Part shown: positions 28,149 to 40,088 of the stretch, in pieces
Numbering within the stretch: position 1 is the stretch's first letter
How the letters are laid out: each line of letters opens with the position of its first letter
IMG/VR virus record: IMGVR_UViG_3300013307_000004
Location: 3,781 to 67,780 of that record
Source of the DNA: a virus
Length of the DNA: 64,000 nucleotides
Direction: 5' to 3' (one strand)
The notes under the pieces: model-generated
Databases searched by the model: none
Seen by the model: only the letters and a program-made list of their open reading frames with translations
Told to the model about the DNA's origin: nothing
Made by a program: the position numbers and the translations under genes

Positions 28149-28775
28149 ATGCTCATCTACATGGTGGTCATAAGGAAAGGAGAACACAGTGATTCACATC
28201 ACGACTGAAACGAAAGATCAGACGTTTGTCATTGGAACCGAATGGCGTTTGATCTTTGAGAACAAGGTACCGAACGTTCACTTCGATACCGAGTTTGAAG
28301 CTCATCAGCAGTTATCGAGACTTCAGTGTCTTACCGACGTCATTGAGGACGATTTCAGCATCACGCCACGGAGGAAGCTGAAATGAACCACGACGCTTGG
28401 ATCTTTGCTGCTGGCTACCTATTCGGCAAGTTGATCGAATGGGCTGTAAACAAGTCCGCCGATTTGTACGTCCAGTGGAAACATAGACCAGTTTCTGCAC
28501 CACTCACTTTGCCAGAGTATTACGGAAAGCCGTATCATCGTGAGCAGACTCATGTTGAAAAGGTTACCGAGATGCTTGATCGACTGGAGGAGAAATGATT
28601 ACTCGTCTGCAGTATGATCTTCGAGTTTCACAATTCATTCAGCTTAGAGATGAAATTCTTCGTTCGATTAACTTTCTTAAGATTTTCAACCCTGAGCTTT
28701 CGACCGTCTCGATCGCAAGACAAGCCACCCGCCTTGAAGAGTACGGTAATGAGCTAGTCGCGCTATCAAAACAGC

Positions 28776-29150
28776 TTAGGTCTGAGCTTCCTCATCCTGT
28801 TCTTCCCCAGGCTCAGGAGCAGGCGCAGAATTAATTGCTTGAGCCAGAGCAAGAAGCTCCGTATTTTGAGCTACCATAACTTTCTCTGGCGTCTTGCCTT
28901 CGGTCGACTCACGAAGTTCGGTAATCGCGGTAAAGCAGATGTTATCTTTACCGACAAGCGCCAAAGCTCGTCGAATGGTCTGTGAAGCAATTGCGTCGGC
29001 CCACCGACTTCCTTCAGGCAAGCCAAACTGCTCTCGGATGTCTTCGGGTACAAGACGACCTAACCACTGACGGTATCCCTCACTCAAAAGCTTCGCGCCG
29101 ACTTTCTTGTCGATGACATCTGGGTCATCCGTGTGATAGAAGCTGGCCAC
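28776..29150 (-). CDS. Probable terminase small subunit
   Basis: AAAGGAG RBS; helical; AITELRESTEGKTPEKV resembles the AxxELLDRxEGKP TerS motif; upstream of TerL on the same strand. Confidence 0.55.
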   Translation of the reverse strand: MASFYHTDDPDVIDKKVGAKLLSEGYRQWLGRLVPEDIREQFGLPEGSRWADAIASQTIRRALALVGKDNICFTAITELRESTEGKTPEKVMVAQNTELLALAQAINSAPAPEPGEEQDEEAQT

Positions 29151-29307
29151 GGTGCTCCTTTCTGCGGGTTACCGCGAGATGCTATAAGTAACTATAAAAT
29201 GGTTACTTTGTTAACTTAATGTGAAGAACGGTATACACTGCATTTTTATGATGTATACCCAAATGTTACCCTTTTCTCATCCACGCGTAGATCAATAATG
29301 ATCCGCG

Positions 29308-29649
29308 CTAGCGTATAGGCTTGAGTTCTAACAGTTGGTTGCTCACAACTCGCTGGATGACTTTGATCCGAGAGTCGCCGGAAGGCAAAGCACGAAGGAA
29401 GTGCATCTTCTGCTGTGTTACGTAGTTCCGGCCTTCTTTGCTCGTGATCAACAGGAGCGATTCGTCTTTCAGACCTTCGATTGCAGCCGCAGCTGGTATG
29501 TGGATGTGTTCATCGTGACTAGGTTGAAGTCCATAGTGCTGTAATCTACCAACCTCTTCTTGCGATAAAAGGCAGCAGTCCATCGAAACCCTTTTCTGGT
29601 GGAATGTAAATTGTGCTCCGTCATTAATGGCTACGGAGAACCGACTCAA
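29308..29649 (-). CDS. Hypothetical protein
   Basis: ORF on the late strand upstream of TerS; start uncertain. Confidence 0.5.
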   Translation of the reverse strand: MSRFSVAINDGAQFTFHQKRVSMDCCLLSQEEVGRLQHYGLQPSHDEHIHIPAAAAIEGLKDESLLLITSKEGRNYVTQQKMHFLRALPSGDSRIKVIQRVVSNQLLELKPIR

Positions 29650-29949
29650 TCAAACGCATTTACGAAGTTTGACTGGTTTTACCGGAAGCTGTGTGTCCGA
29701 CGGTAACCCAGATTTCGCCGCAAATCTCACGAAAAAGAACCGGAAACCACTAGCCCCATTTATCATTGTATACTACCATTATAGCATGTTTACACTTACA
29801 AATCACTCAATGCCATATTGCACATTCACCTCTGTCTCCCTACGCGCAGGCACGTGTGACGCACACATAATAGTCAAAAAATCCCACTCTTTTTTACAAA
29901 AGGCAACAGGGCTAGGACTCGCGGTCTTATTTAGGGACTCAAGGTTCAC

Positions 29950-30303
29950 GGTAACATGAAAGGTAACATGATGTTACAAGTCCTTTGATTAAGTATTTGA
30001 TTTGATTAAACTTACATCATACAGTAACATTGTGATGAAAAATGCTATATTTCTCTTTCATTGCTTTAAAAAATGTGATGATGCAAAATGCCTTGACGTA
30101 TATGCGCTCAGGTACGTGCCTGCCCGGGCGAATCGACGCGCTCAGGTACGTGCCCTCAGGTACGTGCTCTCAGGTACGTGTACGGCGCGCGTACGTACAG
30201 TCAGGTACATGCCTCTGAGTACGTACGGTCAGGTACGTACAGTCAGGTACGTATTCCGGCCAGGTACGTGCCTAGGCACGTAAGATGTTACCTTCATGTT
30301 ACC
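29950..30303. repeat. CAGGTACGT tandem array bracketed by a 19-20 bp inverted repeat (origin/pac-like region)
   Basis: Eight CAGGTACRT copies starting between 30109 and 30261, several at a 14-bp period; GGTAACATGAAAGGTAACAT (29950) versus ATGTTACCTTCATGTTACC (30285). Confidence 0.85.
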
Positions 30304-30325
30304 TGATCTTCATATAAAAAATGTG

Positions 30326-30355
30326 TTTACAACCGATACTAAGTTGTTATATAAT
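30326..30355 (+). promoter_or_regulatory. Early sigma70-like promoter with ACAAC-N9-GTTGT spacer palindrome
   Basis: TTTACA-ACCGATACTAAGTTGTTA-TATAAT. Confidence 0.8.
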
Positions 30356-30932
30356 AGAATTATGGAGAATAGCAAATGAAAGCCACTCTACGGCTCAGGG
30401 TAGACGTTAACACTACTCTTGAAGTGGTTGTAAATGAACTCTTAAAGCTTTTACCAAGTTTAGGTCAGAAACGTATCTCCGATATTGATTACGCTCATCG
30501 GTTTGTAGATCCATCAGGTCAAGCCAATGTCATTCGTCTTGTTGATGCTAGAGAATACGATCCTGGCGAGTACTCTGCACAATCCAGAAGTAAGAGAGAA
30601 AGTAATTCAGAAAATGAATTACAACTACTAGAAGAGGAAGCAAAAAGAGAAAACAAGAATAAGGCCAAAGAGCCTGGAAAGGGCTACGTCAAACTATGAG
30701 TTGGACTAAAGAAATTCCGAAAGAAAAAGGCTATTACTGGATGAAAGAAGAAGGTAGAGAACCCATAGTAATAGACGTCTGGATTAGTTCTCACGATGGC
30801 ACGGTTTTTGGAGAAAAGCCAGGTGATGATGGTGGTTATAATCTTGCTCTTTACGATTATGAGTACTGGCCTGAAAAGCTCATAACTCCAGATTACGACG
30901 ATAAAAAAGTTTTACTTCCGTATAAAATGTTG

Positions 30933-30961
30933 TATACAACCGATAAAAGTTGTATTATAAT
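30933..30961 (+). promoter_or_regulatory. Early promoter, same family
   Basis: TATACA-ACCGATAAAAGTTGTAT-TATAAT, 17-bp spacer. Confidence 0.8.
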
Positions 30962-30987
30962 AATTATATGATAAGAATTTGACGGAC

Positions 30988-31228
30988 TGCTACCGTAGAC
31001 TAATGCTCAAGCGTTAGTCTCGGTGGGAAATAAGGCTGAAAGGAGGGTATCCATATGGATTTCGGCCTTAGAGTCGCAAGCGAGTATCAAGGCCGAAGCT
31101 GTTTTGATCCAATTATTAAGGCCTTTGATTACCAAGTAGTTACGGTGGCCGGCCGCTATAGGGCAGCTGGTCGGCCATCTAGAAAAGGTGCTACCGTAGA
31201 CTTTCGCTCAAGCGGAAGTATCGGTGGG
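30988..31228 (+). ncRNA. Structured leader/ncRNA with two covarying 40-nt hairpin repeats
   Basis: Hairpins at 30988 and 31189 share the GC-TCAA-GC loop and show compensatory stem changes; two further hairpins lie between them. Confidence 0.6.
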
Positions 31229-32527
31229 GAAAAGGAGAACAGCATGATGCCTCTAATTTCAACACGCAACGATCTCGATGAACTCGAGTTCTTAAAGGGA
31301 CTTCGAGACAAGATCAATACTGTGTACGAGCTGCATTCATCGGAAGAGGATGACACGGCGTACACATTCGTCATCTGGCCTAAGAACGTCGATGACAAGA
31401 ATCACATTCTCTATACCGTCGAGCAGAACATCAGAACTGAAGAGCCTGACGGCTGGGAAACAAAGATCTATGACAATGGTACTGGCATCTTAATCGTTAC
31501 ATCAGTTCTTACCAGAAGGTAAGAGAAAGCGAGTCTTACGAATGGCAAAGCACGGTTACAAGTGCACATGCGGATGGCAACTGAACCGAGGTCAACTAAC
31601 AAGGCATGAGTATGCCGACAAGAAGATCAAGCACGCTCAGACCTGTGAAGCCCTTGCTAAGGAACTGGAAATTAGCAGAAGGGCGGCCAGCAAGTGAAAA
31701 TCGGAGAAATGCTCAAGCAGGAAGTCAAGAAGACGAGTGAATTTCGATCCAAAAACTACAGCACAGCCTTAGGTGATGATTACCCTGAGGTTGTGAATGA
31801 AGTCATCGATGGTGCTGGGGATTTCCTCGTAGCTCAAATGGCGATAGATCTAATGAGAGCTTCGATGACTAATCCTGATAAAATGATCAAGCAGATGAAT
31901 GACGGTCTGCCTTATCAGATCATCGTCAAGGACAATCAGAAGTTTTTTGAAATTCAGCTCCAGATGCTTTATTGGGGCATTCAAATTGGCCGACGTCTCG
32001 AACGTGAGCAGCAGGAAGTGCTCAGGAAGATGGAGACAAAGCCATGAATCAAGAAAAAGCTCCTTGCAGACTATGCACAGCGCGTGCTGAAGCAATAAAG
32101 AACGGTACGTGGGACGTTAGCTTTAGGTGGTGTCCACATTGCGGTGCTGAGTGGATGCACCTAGTAGCGAGAGACGGTGATCTATTCAAAGTTCATACGC
32201 TAGGAGGTCACTCCTAATGGACAACCAGAAAGTCAAAGTACGAAATTCTAGGACAGTCTCCATTGTGATGGTTCGTTGTAAGAAACATCCTGAGACTAGC
32301 CCAATTTACTGGTTGGAACCGCATTCCAGTATCTTCTCAGAGTGTAAGCTCTGTAGTGTCAGAACTGACATCTCAATGAGAGACGATAAGTTTCCCAGAG
32401 AGAAAGCTTCAGAACACTATACTCGTTATGAGCATGGTAGACAACGGCGTTCTGGTGAAGATTATGAGGCCTGCATGGATTCTTTGATTGCTGAGGTCGT
32501 AGCTAATCCTCAGAGATTCGAGGTACC

Positions 32528-32956
32528 ATGGAACTTGTAGGCTTCACAGGCACTCAGAAGGGCATGACTGGTGAGCAAATGGATGGAGTAATCACATTGC
32601 TCAAACAGTACAAATCTGAGTTAGCTCAATTTAGACACGGGTTATGCGTAGGAGCTGACGTTCAGGCTGCTACGCTAGCCTATGTCTTCGGCTATCATAT
32701 CGTTGCTTATCCAGGTCATCCTGAGTGGAACGTAAAAGACCTCTCGAGACGCGGAGTATGCTTCAATCATGAAGTAATGAAAGAAGAAAACTTTCTCAAA
32801 AGAAACCAGAGCATCATAAATGCTTCGAGAGTGCTAATAGCTGCTCCAAAAGACATGTATGAGGTTCTTCGATCTGGAACATGGGCTGCTGTTCGTTACG
32901 CGAGGACCCGGAACGTCAAAATTTGGATAGTTCGTCCAGATGGGAGCCTAAGATGA
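32528..32956 (+). CDS. SLOG/DprA-like Rossmann-fold protein
   Basis: VGFTGT, HGLCVGAD, LKRNQSII and SGTWAAVRYA motifs. Confidence 0.75.
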   Translation: MELVGFTGTQKGMTGEQMDGVITLLKQYKSELAQFRHGLCVGADVQAATLAYVFGYHIVAYPGHPEWNVKDLSRRGVCFNHEVMKEENFLKRNQSIINASRVLIAAPKDMYEVLRSGTWAAVRYARTRNVKIWIVRPDGSLR

Positions 32957-35900
32957 GTCTCCAAGGCGCTAACAAATTTCACGCGCACCTAGATGTATGT
33001 GCGCAATGTCGTGAACATCCATTCAATTTATGTTTGGAAGGACATAACATTTTGATGGATGCTATCCAAGGTCTCGAAGGACCTGAGAATCTGGTCGATG
33101 CTGGTGAGAACATTCGAGAATTTGTGAGAAAGAGGACACAAAATGATGAATCTCGATAAGATTCCTGGCGATGTTCTAGCCGATGCTATCGATTACCTAA
33201 CTGAGAATAGACGGATCACGGTAGATGAAGCTCGTGAACAGATTCGAAACGTTATTCCATACCAAGTCTTCCACTGGTATCTCGAATGGAATGGCATCCA
33301 GGGGTACTCGATGGACTTTTGGAACGCTGTTGATAGCCTTAATGCAGCGGAAGAGAAAACGGTGGTCAGTGAAACACCAAAGCCGAAAGTCATGAAATTC
33401 GTCGACCGAGGACAATGGCTAGCTCAAGCTTCTCAAGCTGCTGATCAACAGAGACAAGTCATTCAGAAGATGATTTCTGAAGGATGGGTGTGGGTCGGTG
33501 TTGGAGTGCTTGAATCTCCGGATGGAAAATCAATCTGTGAGGTGAACGGATGACGACTCTCGTTGGAAGTCAAATTCAATACGCTCAACTCTGTGCTCGA
33601 ATTGGCGCTCTGGAACTCGAAATAAAGGGAATGAAGCGTCGTGGCCAGTCTGTGTACGCCATCTGTAAGCAAGAGTACACTCTTAATGGATCAAAGGCCG
33701 CCGTTCTTAAGAAGCTTCAACAACTGAAAGAACGAATGCTGAAGGAGACCAAATGTTCACTCCAATGAACCAACTTCCAAAAGATGTGGAGAACTTTCAC
33801 AAAGAGTATGGAAGTGATCATACTCTGCCTCCTAATTTTGAAGAAATTACTGAGGCTGAATTTTCCCAATCTAAATTTTTTGTCTATACTCCAAATTTTT
33901 GCGAGTATCGGCAGATAAACAAAAAAGAAGATTATGAACGGTTTACTTGGGGTGAATCTAAACGTTCATATTCTTTCTCTTTAAGACTTTTTTACTTCTA
34001 TGATGGTACTGGGGTAGCCATGGCTCATGACTACTGGGCAAAGAAAGTTCGTTACTTCAAATTTGCGAAGTGTCATCATAAGAATAAGTCGCAGCGAAAC
34101 GTTGGAAACTGCTTGAATGAGTATACTTGCGTGGATTGTGGATTCAAGGAGACAATCGATAGCTCAGACTAAGGAGATCTATGTTACTCTATGAACGTGA
34201 CGGAGATATTCACTTCGGTGCTCAAGCTCAGGTTGAGGTCTTTACTGACAAGAGCATCTTGATCACCATTGAAGGAAATGGTGAAAAGGTTCTCATGACA
34301 ATGCATCGTGATGAGGCGAGCATGCTTCTACAGTCTCTTCAGACTGTGATGGATAACGGTGCTGAGAGAATGGGTTACGTTTGGTCTGTTCTACCTAAAT
34401 CGGTTCAGCACATGACTCCTCCAACTCAAGCAGATCAGGAGGTGAAACTGTGACAAAGGTCAGACTTCAGTACAAACAGTCCAATTTGTACGTTTATCTG
34501 GATTCTAACAACAAAATTAAGTCTGTTCACCTTGCTGGAGATTTGATGGAAGTGACAGATAGACTGGATGCTGCTGAAAGAGCAGACATCGAGAAGAAAG
34601 CGGTAAGAAGAAAGAATTTTGAGGAGACTCTTCATGCCAAAATCAGAGTCTAAAACGCTCATCTATGACATCAATCACCCTGGAGAGAAAGATGCGGGCA
34701 TCCTCTCATATACAGAGGTTGTCCACGTCACCTTTGAATCTGGAAGTCTCCCAGAAGATGCTGTAGCGTTCTTAGAAGATTCACTTCAGGAACTGTATGA
34801 TGGAGCAACGGTCACTGCAAGAAACTATACCATCATGAGGCCGTTGATGGAGCTTCTCGAGAAAGACGGTTGGCACAAGAATACAGACTTTCATTGGTCT
34901 AAGTACATGGCTTATGACTGCTATCTCACTTTGGATGGAGTCTGGGAAATCTCTTGGGTCAATGGAGAGATGATTGAGCAAAATCGAGGAATCGATACTC
35001 TTCAAGATGAGCTCAAAGAACTGAAAAAGGTGGGAAAATGAACATCACAGTTCAAAAGGTTAATGGTGGAGTTCAGCTTTCGAATCTGGGAGTGATCCTA
35101 GGAAAGCTTACCTACAAACAAGCTGAAACTTTAGGTTATGCTCTCATTAAGATGGCTAACCTAGGACTGACGGGGAAATCATGACTCCTAAGCAGAACAG
35201 ATCATATGTTCTTAAGCGCTATCCTGGGACAAAGTGTAGATATGCGTGTATGGGATTCGTGATACGAACAAAGACTAACATCATCTTGTGCGATGGAAGA
35301 TACTCAAGATCGATGGCCTGGTCTGTTGCTGCAATGAATGCTCGGTTTAGACGTGAAGGAATCTTAAAAACCCAGAAAGATGACCAATTTCTGTATGACT
35401 GAGAGGTAAACATGTTCGTTAAGAAAGAATGCCCAGCTTGCCACGGAAGGCAGACTTTTGAAGGAGCAGATGGATCCATTCAAATCTGTCAGTGTTGCGG
35501 CGGATCTGGTAAAGTAATAGAACAAGAGATTAAGGAGAAGACTGATGTTGAACAAACTAGAGGTTGAAGACTTGTCGTACCTAACAGGTACGTTTCCTGC
35601 CGGGAAGTCGATTGAAGAATCACTTCACCCCACTCAAAGGTCAGCTGGACGTCAAATCCATTTGAAGCTTCTCTTTGCTGTGCCGGCGTGGTCTGAAAAA
35701 GAAGCAAAACCGTGGGAAGCTGACAAAGATCTGGAGTTTATGAAAGAAGCTCCGGTAAAGATTGTCTCAATCAGCGTACCTAGAGGCATTCCGATCTATA
35801 AGATTCGTCACCTGATCAAACATGTCGAAGGTGAACTTCGAGAAATCTACCTCGATGCAAAAAGGCTCAATACCGTCTTGATCAAAGAAGAGGGCTCAGA

Positions 35901-36715
35901 CGTATGGAGTTACGCTTTCGAACTCCCGACTTATGGAGTGGCCTATGTCTAACACGATGGGGTTGTCGGTTTGTCCTATCTGCAAAGAACCGCCCGTAAG
36001 AAGGGACGAAGAAGCTCAGACATGGTTAGAGTGTCCTAATGGACACATCTCAACCAGTAAGGTTGATGTGAGATCAGATGACTATGCTTATACCCGCACG
36101 ACGTCTTGGTGGGAATCACGGGTTAAGCAAGAGAGGTAGCAGAATGCCAACACGTTACGCGGAATATCTTCCAGCCCAACACTCTCCAGTGAGGAAAGTG
36201 TCAGTGAGGAAAAGTCCATTTCCACAGCCAGGAGTACACCTGTCGATCCTCTACAACAAGGATGAGAATATTCCTGACGATCGTGATGTGAGATTCTTTA
36301 TTCCTGAAGCCGAATGGCAGAAATTGAGGAAAGTCGAATGATTACCAAAAAAGAAGCAATACAGTGTTGTGACGGTCTAAACAATACAGCAGGAAAGTTT
36401 AGATCAGCTCACGATAGATCGTTCGAATTTTGGGTCTTGACTGCGCTAAGAGTCATCATTCATATTCTTTTGGGAAATCTAATGAAAGAAGAATCTGATG
36501 GTTCCATGAGAAGAGAATACTTTCCAAGAGAAAAGAGATGATTGAACCTCTTTACTTAGGTGATGGAGTCTATGTTCAGCCGAATCCACATGATCCTGTT
36601 AGTCTCATAGTAACGACCGGTAGTCATCTATTACATCAAGCAGACAACACTATCTACATGGAATTGCCGGCTCTCGAAGCTCTTCATCAGTATGTCGAAA
36701 GGTGGAAGCAAAGTT

Positions 36716-36830
36716 AACCTGGGTTTCCAGGCGGTTATGCAAATTGCATAATGATAAATTTATTATGCTGATTTGCACAAGTCACCCTGCGATACCTCCA
36801 GATTTCACCAGGGTATACTCTGGTTAATTT
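36716..36830. repeat. Dispersed ~110-bp element, copy B (phased arm inverted)
   Basis: TTATGCA (36735)...TGATAAAT...TGCACA (36774) core with the same spacing as A and C; the reverse complement of the right arm aligns with the CCAGGG arm. Confidence 0.75.
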
Positions 36831-37361
36831 GCAAATGTCATTTTGCAACAGGTAATTAAAACTCAATTCACGGGTGACGCATGTCAGAGAGTTTTCAGAA
36901 ACATGATCAATTCGTCAGGCAAGAAGAAGCCTTGAGACAAGTAGTCAAGATCTTAAACGAAACGCTCTTTCAACCATCGGTAGCAATGACAGCACACGCC
37001 TGCGCTGATCAACTAGATAAGCTTTTGATCAGAGCTCAAGCAAGTAGAAAACGTTTTGAAATTATTCGAGGAACAGCTTTACAAGCCAGACTCGAGAAAA
37101 GGAGGCAGGAAAATGTTAGTCGTTCTTGACTTAGAAGAACAACAATCTCGAGATGAGTTGATTCATATTCTTAACTGTCTTGAAGCTGAGCCAGGAGACA
37201 ACACTTTTGATCGTGCTAGAAAAGCTCTGATTAAGTTTCATAAAGCTGGAAGATGGAATACAGTAGAGAATTCTGATGGAGTTCTGAAAATTTGCAGAGG
37301 TAACCATGAAAATAATGCAGGTTGCCAATACGAAACGTACGTCAAACAGAAGGAGTAAAAT

Positions 37362-38171
37362 ATGCCAAGCAAAGTAGTAACCTTCCCCGCCTCGCAACCG
37401 ATGACGATAAGGGACTATATCCAAGCTGATCAGTTCGCTCCAAAGATAGATCCTAGCGTCAACAAGATTCCTTCTAAGTTATTTCGAGCTTCATCTAGTG
37501 GTGATCCAAACCGGTCTATGGTTGTCACTAACTACACTGAGCAAAACGGTGGCGGAGGGCTAGTCAGTAAGAGTTATCCACTTACGATTCTGCCGAATGG
37601 CGCTGAGATGTTCTTTGGAATGGATCTTCAGGTCATCTATACTGCTGCTGATTGGGCTACCATCATGCGCATGGAATTCGATGATAAAGTCATGGTTGCA
37701 GACGGTACGAAGCAGTTAGATTCTAAGGGAAATCCGACTCTAGCAGCTCAAATGAACGAATCTCATGAATGGAATCCTAATACAAAGAGCTGGCAGTATG
37801 ACCCTGATGGTAACGGTTGGCAGAACATTGGATTCAATCCTAAGACTCCGATGCTGCTAACAGATCCAAGCACAGGAACTGCTCTGGTAAACGACATACG
37901 TTTTAGGTGGTGGTGGAATGGTAGAGTTGGAGACGGAGGACGTTGGAGTTCACTTGCAATGTCACAAAATGGTGAAATCTTCACTGCTTTTCAGAAACAA
38001 TTCGTGAACATTCCACTCATTAGGGCTAAGTGGGCAGGTCCCTTGCGTCACCCACAGTTCCAAACTGAGTACACTGGTCCCGTACCAGGGTCACACTCAT
38101 TTGAAATTGTTCGTGGTCGACTAATTGAAAGTCCCTCAAACATTGACATCAATTTACCCTGGGCGAACTAA
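37362..38171 (+). CDS. Hypothetical beta-rich, Trp-rich protein (269 aa)
   Basis: Largest early-region ORF; AAGGAG RBS; no family recognised. Confidence 0.6.
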   Translation: MPSKVVTFPASQPMTIRDYIQADQFAPKIDPSVNKIPSKLFRASSSGDPNRSMVVTNYTEQNGGGGLVSKSYPLTILPNGAEMFFGMDLQVIYTAADWATIMRMEFDDKVMVADGTKQLDSKGNPTLAAQMNESHEWNPNTKSWQYDPDGNGWQNIGFNPKTPMLLTDPSTGTALVNDIRFRWWWNGRVGDGGRWSSLAMSQNGEIFTAFQKQFVNIPLIRAKWAGPLRHPQFQTEYTGPVPGSHSFEIVRGRLIESPSNIDINLPWAN

Positions 38172-39374
38172 GGGTACTGGGGAGATTTTCTTGGCAATGA
38201 GCAATCTCCCCAGATTTTCACAAGGAGAATAAAATGAGCGAATACGACAGACAGAAAGACATTGAAGCTGAGGGACAACGGGCTTCTAAAACAGCAATGA
38301 TTCTGACATTTCCACCAGATGGTCTTAATCGAGAAAAACTCAAGAAAGACCTCAATAAACTTCACACGATGATTTATGAAGACAATTGTGTTGGGTGCTG
38401 TCTTCATATCGTTTTGGATGATCAAAACTATGACAGAGAATCTATTAAGTTCTGTCTGAATGAATCAGTGAAAAAGGGGCACATGATTTGTGGACTGATG
38501 TGTGTTGGACTTTCATTTTTAACAGATAAAGATCTTGAATTCCTTCAAGAGAATCCTGGCTGCTATGAGGAGCTACCATGAAGACAAGTGAAATGCAGAG
38601 AATGGAGTGGCGTACTGTTCTCATGCAAAGAGTAGCAAAGAAGCACGGTGGAACAAGTCCACCCTTTGGCTCTAGAGCCGCTCTAAATCTAGTGGATGAT
38701 TTAGACCGAATGGTTCACATGCTAAGGAGAATGAAAGCCGCAATAGAGTGTCTTCCTTGGGGAGCAAGACGTCCTCAGTTAGACAGCATGTTGAAGATGA
38801 TCAATGAAGCACTTGAGGTAGAAAATGCCGTTCCAAACGTCAAAGATTCGAACGCAGAACCACGAAATTCTAACAACAGAATTTAGTGAAAGAATCATCC
38901 AAAGAAATAAGCCGAATCTGCAGACGAAGGCGGCAGACGTTCTGTTAGTGTTTCTGACTTGGAAATTCGAGGAACGTGGACCAACATATCACACGTTCGT
39001 CATCAGAACACCAAAGATGATGAGTTCAAAACTGCTCCATTCTTTCCGATTCTTTTGCAAGACTAAACTGAGAGAAGACAACCACACTGTTCAGTTCGTT
39101 CATTTTGCAGTATTTCCACGAGAAAAGAAAGAATGGATTCTCGAAGACAACATTGACAAAGAAAGAGAGGAATTCGTATGTCTTTAGAGCGTTTGTGGCT
39201 ACGAAATGAATGCTGGATACTAGGATGTACGCAACACTGGAATCATCAGGGTTGTTGGTGTGATAGAAGAAATTCTGTTCATCGAGGTGTTCGTTATGAT
39301 GGACCGTGTTGGGTAAGATTTTTAAGACAACTTAAAAACTTTTTAATGTATAAAAAATAGTTTAAACTTTTGTA

Positions 39375-39403
39375 TTTACAACCGATAAAAGTTATTATAC
39401 AAT
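39375..39403 (+). promoter_or_regulatory. Early promoter, same family
   Basis: TTTACA-ACCGATAAAAGTTATTA-TACAAT, 17-bp spacer. Confidence 0.8.
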
Positions 39404-39979
39404 ATAATTATGATAATTTGAGAATTTAACCGCTATGCATTATTGTTGTGATGATAATGCATAGCACATGTTACGAAAGTAATATCAACCGACTGTAGCG
39501 ATCTACAGAATGGAGAGATCACGATGCAGGCTGAAAGAATTTGCACAGCTAAGAAATGCAAGAAGCCGTGTTTAGAAGGTTTTGCTGTTTGCGATTCACA
39601 TTTTCAGAGACCGTCGGGTTTGATGTTTGGACTTTGGGCAATTGATAAGGCGGTCACTTCCCAAGGAGCAACGATGCTAGTCGCTGCTTCACACCACATT
39701 CACATTTCAGATGTTCTGGAAATGAACATCGAACCTCTTGCCCCTCTAGTCTCGAGCGGGCACTATCACGAACAATTAGTATTACGACGCGTATGCGAAG
39801 TCATAGGAAAAGCTGAAAGCAGCTACTATGATGAATTGTTAGGTATGAGTGACATTCTGATAATCACTGAGTTAGTTGAATTAGGAGGCGGAATCTTTGA
39901 TGATGAAAATCTGGGATTCATGCAAACGGTGGTTAAGCAATGGAGGGCTCGAGTAGCCCTTCAGGAGAATTAAGGTTAT

Positions 39980-40088
39980 GCCCGACTTAGTGTCAAAGGG
40001 GAGAATAGCAGAGGACGCTGGTGCAGGGAGTACTACCGGCCAGAAGGTTGCTGAAGATGCAGGCGCTCAATCTGCAGTCGGGCACCCA
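39980..40088 (+). other. tRNA-like fold overlapping a 57-aa ORF (39978-40151)
   Basis: GCCCGACT/AGTCGGGC stem, adjacent GCAGG-N7-TCTGC arm and 3' ACCCA; no canonical TTC loop or anticodon arm. Confidence 0.35.

Noticed and set aside
30002-30283. 93-aa ORF with ALRYV/VRTVRY repeats
   Set aside because: Translation by-product of a 14-bp DNA repeat, which is not a multiple of three; TTG start without a clear RBS
30109-31228. CRISPR array in the CAGGTACGT or 40-nt hairpin repeats
   Set aside because: Units are too short and lack unique spacers, or there are only two copies 201 nt apart; no cas genes in the window
36735-36780. dif/XerCD site or Fur box in the element core (GCATAAT...ATTATGC, TGATAA)
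   Set aside because: Spacing between the arms is 11 bp rather than 6, and copies A and C lack the palindrome; the Fur match is partial and does not explain the phased arms
39980-40088. Functional canonical tRNA gene
   Set aside because: No TTCRA T-loop, no clean D stem and no 7-nt anticodon loop; kept only as tRNA-like
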